Below, piece after piece: positions 57,622-64,000 of a DNA stretch of 64,000 bases. The notes under the pieces are model-generated. The model made no database searches. It saw only the letters and a program-made list of their open reading frames with translations, and was not told where the DNA came from. The DNA is from an uncultured Bacilli bacterium. Its GTDB lineage: Bacteria; Bacillota_I; Bacilli_A; RF39; UBA660. The stretch's first letter is position 1. Each line of letters starts with the position of its first letter. The stretch spans positions 5,282 through 69,281 of the forward strand of contig CAKPRO010000009.1 in the NCBI GenBank assembly GCA_934182615.1. The letters are read 5' to 3'. Both the position numbers and the translations under genes were made by a program.

Positions 57622-58454
57622 TTTTGACCTCCTATAAAAGATTTATAATTATTATATCTAGATAATAATATTTTATTTTGTTCTACTAGTCTTTTTACTT
57701 CACAGTCATCTTCTTTTATATGCATACAATCTTTATACTTACAATTATGTAAGTTATCAAACATATCTTTCATATTATCACGGATATCTATTTTAGTCAT
57801 TCCACGGAAATCTACTGATGAGAAACCAGGGGTGTCTGCTACTAAAGATGAATCAATGTCATATAACGTTGTACATCTTGTGGTATGTTTACCACGACCT
57901 AAAGCCTTGGATATTTCATTTGTTTCTAGATTTAGATTTTTATCTAGTTTATTTAATAAAGATGATTTGCCTGCTCCTGATTGACCAGCAAAGACAACTA
58001 TTTTACCTGCTATTAATTTTTTTATTTCTTTGATATCATTATTTGTTACTACTGTGTAGCCAATACTTTGATAGTAGTTAAATATCTCTTTAATATTTTT
58101 CTCTTCTTCTTCATTTAGTAAGTCTGTCTTTGTTAAGCATATTATTGGTTCTATATTATTATAAGATATTATTGTTAGTAGTTTATCTAACAAGTTACTA
58201 TCAAAGTTAGGCTCTTTTACTGATGTTACAATTAATGCTATATCAACATTAGCTATTTGAGGTCTTATTAGTGAGTTTTTTCTAGGCTTTATTTCTAGTA
58301 AGTAATTATTTATATCATCTATTACTACTTTATCTCCTACTAGAGGAGTTATTTTATCTAATCTAAACTTACCTCTTGGCTTGCAGATATTTATCCCCTT
58401 ATTTGTTCTTACTGTATAATTATTACTTTCGTTTTTGATTATTATACCTTCCAT
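57618..58454 (-). CDS. rsgA: Ribosome small-subunit GTPase RsgA
   Basis: LTKTDL...GQSGAGKSSLLN...GRGKHTT, and a C-terminal Cys/His cluster. Confidence 0.9.
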   Translation of the reverse strand: MEGIIIKNESNNYTVRTNKGINICKPRGKFRLDKITPLVGDKVVIDDINNYLLEIKPRKNSLIRPQIANVDIALIVTSVKEPNFDSNLLDKLLTIISYNNIEPIICLTKTDLLNEEEEKNIKEIFNYYQSIGYTVVTNNDIKEIKKLIAGKIVVFAGQSGAGKSSLLNKLDKNLNLETNEISKALGRGKHTTRCTTLYDIDSSLVADTPGFSSVDFRGMTKIDIRDNMKDMFDNLHNCKYKDCMHIKEDDCEVKRLVEQNKILLSRYNNYKSFIGGQK

Positions 58455-58463
58455 ATTTTGTTC

Positions 58464-60248
58464 CTATTCTGTTTTTTTATCTTTTTTATCTTTTTTATCA
58501 TCATTTGGCATTAATGGATCTGTTGGCTCTGTTTTATCTTCTGGTTTCTTTGATATAGTTATTTTTAAAGTATAGCCATTATAGATTGGATCACCAGGAT
58601 CTCTGCCTTGTGATAATACGATGTTTTCTTCTACATCTGTTGTTTCTTTATATGTTATATCTAATGTTAAATTATTTTCTTTAGCAAACTCTTGAACTTG
58701 AGATAAAGTCCATTTTTCTTTAACCATATCTGGATATACATCTACTTCTGGTATGTATAGTGTTACGGTATCATTAGCATATAATTTGGTTTCGTTTTCT
58801 TTATCAAATTTTGGTTCTTGATCAATTATTTGCTCTTCTTTGTCTTTATAATCAGAAGTATTTTCTACTTCTTTGGTTTTCATTTCTACTTTGATACCTT
58901 TTAATTCTAGTTTTGCTTTTATTTCATAATAGTTTTTACCAGTATAGTCTTCTAGTAATAAGTATTCTTTACCAGAAGATTCTACTATTGTAATAGTACT
59001 TCCTTTGGTTTTGGTTGAACCGGCTTTTGGTTCTGTTCTTATTACTTTTCCTTCTTCGATATCAGCATTTTCTTCATCTTTTGTAGTATATTTTAAGCCT
59101 TGTTTTTCTACTTTCTTTATGGCTTCTTCTAAAGTAAGACCTGTTACATCTGGTACTTTTACTTCTTTAACATCATGATTACTTATTAGTAGATATACTA
59201 CTGCTAATACTATTAGAAAGACTAATAATATACCTGCTAAGATAATTGGTAATTTATTTTTTTCATCTTTTTCTTTTAGTATTGAATCGTCATTATCTGT
59301 ATCTTCTTCTTTATCAAGAGGTTTATCTACGACTGGTTTCTTTGGCTCTTTTGGTATTGGAGCTATTACTTTGGTTTCTTCTAAATCATTTTCTGGATAT
59401 TCATATACTAATCTTTTTTCATTATCTCTTTCTAAAGCAGTTTGTAAATCATTATACATCTCTCTTACAGTATCATATCTATTCTTTGGATTCTTAGCAG
59501 TAGCTTTTAGAATTATATTTTCTACTGATTGTGGTATTGTTGGGTTTTGCTTTCTTACACTAGGTATTTTTTCTTTCATGTGTTTTAAAGCTATTTCAAC
59601 AGCAGTATCTCCTTTGAATGGTACTGATCCTGTTAATAACTCATACATTAATATTCCTAATGAATATATATCACTTTTTACTGTAGAGCCTTTGCCATTA
59701 GCCTGCTCCGGTGGTAGATAGTGGACTGAACCCATTACTGAGTTTGTTTGAGTTAATTGGGTTGAATTTAAAGCCATTGCTATTCCGAAGTCGGTTATTT
59801 TGATACGACCATTATCTTCAATCATTATATTTTGTGGTTTTATATCTCTATGAATTATATAGGCTTCATGAGCGTGAGCTAAACCATCTGTTAACTGACT
59901 CATTATATCTATTACTTCTGTTAGGGTTAAGGCTCCTCTTTTTTGAAGTAATTGTTTTAATGTCTTTCCTTCGATATATTCCATTACAATATAATAGTTT
60001 CCATCTTCTTCTCCAACATCATATACTTCAACGATATTTGGATGTGATAGGTTTGATACTGATAAGGCTTCTCTTTTGAAACGACGAATAAATTTTTCAT
60101 CGTTTGAAAGATCACCTCTTAAAACTTTTATAGCTACTTTTCTTTCAAGAATGGTATCTTCTGCTAGATAGACATTGGCCATTCCTCCTTCACCGATGGT
60201 TTTTATTATTTCATAACGATCATTTATTTTTTGACCTTTAGTTAGCAT
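58464..60248 (-). CDS. prkC: Ser/Thr protein kinase with extracellular PASTA repeats
   Basis: Kinase motifs GEGGMANVY, HRDIKPQN, DFGIA; one TM segment; three PASTA-like repeats. Confidence 0.9.
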   Translation of the reverse strand: MLTKGQKINDRYEIIKTIGEGGMANVYLAEDTILERKVAIKVLRGDLSNDEKFIRRFKREALSVSNLSHPNIVEVYDVGEEDGNYYIVMEYIEGKTLKQLLQKRGALTLTEVIDIMSQLTDGLAHAHEAYIIHRDIKPQNIMIEDNGRIKITDFGIAMALNSTQLTQTNSVMGSVHYLPPEQANGKGSTVKSDIYSLGILMYELLTGSVPFKGDTAVEIALKHMKEKIPSVRKQNPTIPQSVENIILKATAKNPKNRYDTVREMYNDLQTALERDNEKRLVYEYPENDLEETKVIAPIPKEPKKPVVDKPLDKEEDTDNDDSILKEKDEKNKLPIILAGILLVFLIVLAVVYLLISNHDVKEVKVPDVTGLTLEEAIKKVEKQGLKYTTKDEENADIEEGKVIRTEPKAGSTKTKGSTITIVESSGKEYLLLEDYTGKNYYEIKAKLELKGIKVEMKTKEVENTSDYKDKEEQIIDQEPKFDKENETKLYANDTVTLYIPEVDVYPDMVKEKWTLSQVQEFAKENNLTLDITYKETTDVEENIVLSQGRDPGDPIYNGYTLKITISKKPEDKTEPTDPLMPNDDKKDKKDKKTE

Positions 60249-60988
60249 TACTTATCACCACTTTCCTTCTTCAGATAAGCTATTGATATATTATCTGTTC
60301 CGCCTCTTATATTACTCTTTTTTATTAATTTTTCTACTTGTTCTTCGATTGAAGATTTACTATTTAATACTTTTTCTATTTGTTCATCTGTTACCATATT
60401 AGTTAATCCATCACTACATAGGAATAAACCGTTTATGGTATTATCGATATCGAAGATATCTATTTCGATTGGATCATTAGCTCCTAGTGCTCTTGTAAGC
60501 AGGTTCTTTCTTGGATGAAACTTGGCTTGTTCAGGAGTTAGTTCTCCAGTTGAGACTAATAAATTTACTAGGGTATGATCTTTGGTTACTTTATGTAATT
60601 TTTCATTTTTTACTACATATCCTGATGAATCTCCTATATTTCCATAAAGGATATAGTCATCTGTTTTTATGGCTATTACTAGAGTTGTTCCCATTCCTTT
60701 ACTTTCTGGATGAATAGAGGTATATTCAAATATTTTTTCATTTATTTCTTTTACTATTTTTCTTAACCAATCTATTCCTTCTTCTTTTTTCCCTATTGTT
60801 TCCATACTTTCGAAACTTTGAACAATATGTTCTATTGCTATATTTGAAGCTATTTCTCCAGCTTTATGTCCACCCATTCCATCTGCTACTGCGAGAATGA
60901 ATTCATTATTTTTATTGCCAACTATTATTACACTATCTTCATTATGTGTTCTTACTTTTCCGGCATCTGTCATATAAAATGTTTGCAT
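60248..60988 (-). CDS. prpC: PP2C-family Ser/Thr phosphatase
   Basis: RTHNEDS, ADGMGGH, GDS and SDGL...GGTDNIS. Confidence 0.9.
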   Translation of the reverse strand: MQTFYMTDAGKVRTHNEDSVIIVGNKNNEFILAVADGMGGHKAGEIASNIAIEHIVQSFESMETIGKKEEGIDWLRKIVKEINEKIFEYTSIHPESKGMGTTLVIAIKTDDYILYGNIGDSSGYVVKNEKLHKVTKDHTLVNLLVSTGELTPEQAKFHPRKNLLTRALGANDPIEIDIFDIDNTINGLFLCSDGLTNMVTDEQIEKVLNSKSSIEEQVEKLIKKSNIRGGTDNISIAYLKKESGDK

Positions 60989-61002
60989 TATTTCACTTCC
61001 TC

Positions 61003-62016
61003 TTAATTATTGGCTCTTAGTTGACCACATGCGGCATCAACTGAACCTCCAAATTCTTTTCTTATTGTTACATTTATCTTATTTTTCTTTAGTATATCAT
61101 AAAACTTCATAATTTTCCACTCTTTTGTTCGTTTAAATTCAATATTTTCTGTTTCATTATATGGTATTAGGTTAACATAGCAATTTATTCCTTTTAATAA
61201 TAAGGCTAATTCTTTAGCATTTTCTTCGCTATCATTTACATTATCAAGCATTATATATTCAAAGGTTACTCTACGATTTGTCTTATTTATATATTCTTTT
61301 ATTGTTTCCATTAACTCATTTAAAGGATATGCTTTATTGATAGGTATTATTCTACTTCTAAGGGTGTCATTAGGAGCATGTAAGCTTATGGCTAGGTTTA
61401 CTTGGCCTTCTTCATTCATAAACTTCTTTATACCAGGGATTACTCCACATGTTGATATGGTTATATGTCTTGAACCGATATCGATGCCTTTACCACAGTT
61501 TATTATTTTTACAAATCTTAAAACATTATCGTAGTTATCAAAAGGTTCTCCTATTCCCATTAATACTACATGAGTTATTCTTTTATTTATGTCTTCTTCT
61601 ATTTGAAGTATTTGCTGCACTATTTCATAAGCTAATAGATTTCTTACTTTTTTTAATCTTCCGCTTTCACAAAAAGCACAAGTCATATTACAACCTACTT
61701 GAGATGATACGCAGATACTTGTTCCGTAATCGTGAAACATTAATACGGATTCTATCTTGTTTCCATCTTCTAATTCAAATAGATATTTATTGACATTCTT
61801 GCCTTGCTGTTTTATTAACATTTTTATTTTATAGAAAGAGAAATCTTGTTTTAGTTTTTCTCTTACTTCTTTACTTATATTGGTCATATCATCAAATGAT
61901 TTTATTCTTCTTTTATATAGGGCTTCATATACTTGAACTGCTCTAAATTTTTTTTCATTTATTGATATGAAATAGTCTTCTAATTCTTTTATTGTTAAAT
62001 CATATATATTTCTCAT
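61003..62016 (-). CDS. rlmN: Radical-SAM 23S rRNA/tRNA A2503 methyltransferase
   Basis: CNMTCAFCESG cluster. N-terminal FRAVQVYEALY. Confidence 0.9.
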   Translation of the reverse strand: MRNIYDLTIKELEDYFISINEKKFRAVQVYEALYKRRIKSFDDMTNISKEVREKLKQDFSFYKIKMLIKQQGKNVNKYLFELEDGNKIESVLMFHDYGTSICVSSQVGCNMTCAFCESGRLKKVRNLLAYEIVQQILQIEEDINKRITHVVLMGIGEPFDNYDNVLRFVKIINCGKGIDIGSRHITISTCGVIPGIKKFMNEEGQVNLAISLHAPNDTLRSRIIPINKAYPLNELMETIKEYINKTNRRVTFEYIMLDNVNDSEENAKELALLLKGINCYVNLIPYNETENIEFKRTKEWKIMKFYDILKKNKINVTIRKEFGGSVDAACGQLRANN

Positions 62017-62081
62017 TTTTTCACTTCTAACTTTCCATTATTATTATACCAAAAAAAATATGTTATTAAAACATATTTTGA

Positions 62082-62621
62082 TTATTTTTCTTTATGTTCA
62101 TGATGAGAATGTCCTCTTATTCCATATCTTTTGGTTATTGGATCTTTGAATAAGAAGTTTTTTATTGGTAATAATGTTAATACCATATAAGAGCCGAATA
62201 TTATAAATAATACTATTACTGATATGTATGCATAGAAGAAATGTAATGATTCCATATTTATTATATAGTAAAATACTAGATTACTTATAATAATAGTTAA
62301 ATAGAATATTGTGATATCTATTGGTAATATGGCTTTTTTGGTTATTAATTGATAGGCATAAAATAGTAATGGTATTAGTATTATTATTACTAATATACTT
62401 AAGACTTTGGCTTCAAAGTAATTTGGATTAAGGCCATATACTGCTCCATCATATAATGTCCATATAAAGGTTGGTGTTAAGGCTATTTTGATATGTTCCC
62501 AGGTACTTTCGTTAACTGCGGCAAAAAGGGATACTACTTTATTATGTCCTGACCATTCATACATGAAATGTAAAAGTGTTCCTATTACCGATATAAAAAT
62601 TATGGCTATTACTATATTCAT
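62082..62621 (-). CDS. Small polytopic membrane protein
   Basis: Five or so hydrophobic segments and a His-rich tail. Confidence 0.55.
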   Translation of the reverse strand: MNIVIAIIFISVIGTLLHFMYEWSGHNKVVSLFAAVNESTWEHIKIALTPTFIWTLYDGAVYGLNPNYFEAKVLSILVIIILIPLLFYAYQLITKKAILPIDITIFYLTIIISNLVFYYIINMESLHFFYAYISVIVLFIIFGSYMVLTLLPIKNFLFKDPITKRYGIRGHSHHEHKEK

Positions 62622-62809
62622 ATATCCTCCTATTTACAATATAATTATATATTATTTTTTTATTTATTACAACTAGTTATTTTTCCTTTCATGAAAATCC
62701 AAGGTATTTTCATGTCTGATATAGCCTAATTCTTAGTCTATACCAGAGTCTCATTAGACATATTATATTCACAGTTATAACCAAAAGAAAAAGAATTAGT
62801 TTAGTTAAA

Positions 62810-63358
62810 CTAACTCTTTAATGTAGCATTCTTACCAGTAGCATATAAATCAAATGATAATGTTTTATTCTGCATAGTATTTGGATTAGTATAATCTTTC
62901 CCATTAAACCATAAATATAAAGTATATTTATCTGTAGTAGTATTAACTACTCTATCAGTAAATAATGTTAAAGTAGTAGTGCCACTACTAGCATAAGTTA
63001 TATCTTTAAAATTACCTTTAGTAACTAAAGTACTATCATTATAATATAATTCATATATAAATGATTCTTCTTTTAATTCACTTGGCATAGTAGTTAAATC
63101 CATATATAAACTCATAGTACTACCTTCTTCACTTGCTATAACTGTTATATCTTTCTTAATACCTTCTTCTTTACTAGAAGTAGGTATTAATACTCCAGTT
63201 ATATTAGTACCTCCATCAAAAGTAACAGTACTACCTTCAATACTAATATTAATATTTATATTATCACTACTACTCCATCTATAATAAGCATAAGTACCAC
63301 CTATCATAACAACAATTAACCCTATTATTCCTATTATTAATCCTTTATTATTTTTCAT
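62810..63358 (-). CDS. Secreted protein with a SipW/TasA-type signal peptide
   Basis: LIVVMIGGTYAYY resembles the GGTFAYF SipW-cognate motif. Start at the ATG after SD gaggtgg. Confidence 0.5.
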   Translation of the reverse strand: MKNNKGLIIGIIGLIVVMIGGTYAYYRWSSSDNININISIEGSTVTFDGGTNITGVLIPTSSKEEGIKKDITVIASEEGSTMSLYMDLTTMPSELKEESFIYELYYNDSTLVTKGNFKDITYASSGTTTLTLFTDRVVNTTTDKYTLYLWFNGKDYTNPNTMQNKTLSFDLYATGKNATLKS

Positions 63359-63379
63359 ATTCCACCTCATTTCCTATAT

Positions 63380-63705
63380 TTAATTTTTCGCCTTACGGCG
63401 AATTACTATTCCCCGCTTTTTTATTTTGGGACTCAAGTTGCAAAGCAACTTGGCGTCCTTATATATATATCCATATTTCTATTGCCGAAGAATATTACTA
63501 CTTAATCATTTACTATAGCCCATATTTCTTCTTCATTATCTACCATGTTACCTCTTTTTTATATTTGGTTCGTTCACCTTACGGCGAATTTGCTCCTCTT
63601 CATGAAGACTTCGCTTACGCTTAGCCTGGTCCCCTGCGGACCAAGCCCGCACGGAGACCTATTTTTTATGAATATCCACTACCGAAGAAGAAATATCAAT
63701 TTGTC
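63380..63705 (-). other. Two tandem GC-enriched, hairpin-dense units (candidate structured RNA or leader)
   Basis: On the minus strand each unit carries C[UUCG]G and UUCGCC[GUAA]GG(C/U)GAA hairpins. Unit 2 also has CUUGGUCC-GCAGG-GGACCAGG and GC[GUAA]GC. Confidence 0.4.
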
Positions 63706-63709
63706 CGTT

Positions 63710-64000
63710 TTACACGGCCAATTGATATGGTTCTGAACTCGAACCTGTTACCGACTTGACAGCTAGTTCAGAGTTTAGATAAAGGACTGGGGTCACACCA
63801 AACGCAATATAGGCATCGCTGCTGCTGCTGACACCGCCGGACGAATAGACATACCACGCATAGTTGGAGTTGCCGGAACCAGGGGTTAATAACAAACCAG
63901 CATTGGAACTTCCATTATTAACTATTGTCTTCATCCAGTTGTTTGATTTACATGTACTATTTTCATAATTATTTAAGTTTTGACTACATTTACTTAAATC
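63710..64000 (-). CDS. C-terminal end of a larger protein (frame open to the window edge), with a compositionally aberrant last ~55 codons
   Basis: No stop between 64000 and the track's Met at 63934. ...NWM...LLLTPGSGNSNYAWYVYSSGGV...FGVTPVLYL resembles DUF1566/lectin-like C-termini. Confidence 0.6.
   Translation of the reverse strand, partial: DLSKCSQNLNNYENSTCKSNNWMKTIVNNGSSNAGLLLTPGSGNSNYAWYVYSSGGVSSSSDAYIAFGVTPVLYLNSELAVKSVTGSSSEPYQLAV

Noticed and set aside
63385-63705. This GC-rich non-coding stretch as the DGR template repeat
   Set aside because: Read on both strands, it shows no alignment to the VR-like codons at 63775-63875.

Overview
Very AT-rich Firmicutes-type chromosome segment (about a quarter G+C by eye). 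It uses the standard code: TGG is Trp and TGA is used as a stop. I recognised no rRNA, tRNA, CRISPR array, integrase or transposase. Left edge: rnj. The right part (46-62.6 kb) is housekeeping with Bacillus-like synteny: uvrA; mrnC-rlmB-sigH-like; GT2 and membrane genes; yqeG-yqeH; an intact pro-sigK; a divergent rpmB missed by the ORF track; and rpe-rsgA-prkC-prpC-rlmN. Between rnj and uvrA (about 1.5-46 kb) lies a mosaic accessory and defence island. It contains an Abi_2 protein next to an ApeA-like HEPN protein, and an uncharacterised 3-gene operon with a sigma-region-4 protein. It also contains an orphan 568-aa protein, a Bce-type peptide-resistance module with VanZ, and a retron RT fused to a trypsin-like protease, with a candidate msr/msd upstream. 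Further along are a BcgI-like (type IIB) nuclease-methylase plus specificity subunit, a DUF2726 remnant, a PHP-ABC-ATPase giant protein (Ppl-like) with a small partner, and an ABC-F gene with a leader-peptide attenuator. The island ends with DUF3800, a Ca-ATPase operon, a HerA-like ATPase and a transglutaminase-like pair with a zincin. The least expected signals are non-coding. (1) Tandem hairpins with a conserved AGAC...GGCT apex and covarying stems sit at nearly every module boundary. (2) Three pairs of 60-230 bp direct repeats each bracket blocks of about 5 kb. (3) The retron+RM block is a precise 5,553-bp insertion that splits one junction element between its SD and start codon. (4) At the right edge there is an abrupt GC-rich, NNC-codon-rich C-terminal segment (DGR variable-region-like), followed by two tandem tetraloop-rich structured units. 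All similarity calls are from reading the sequence and recalled family motifs. No database search was run.
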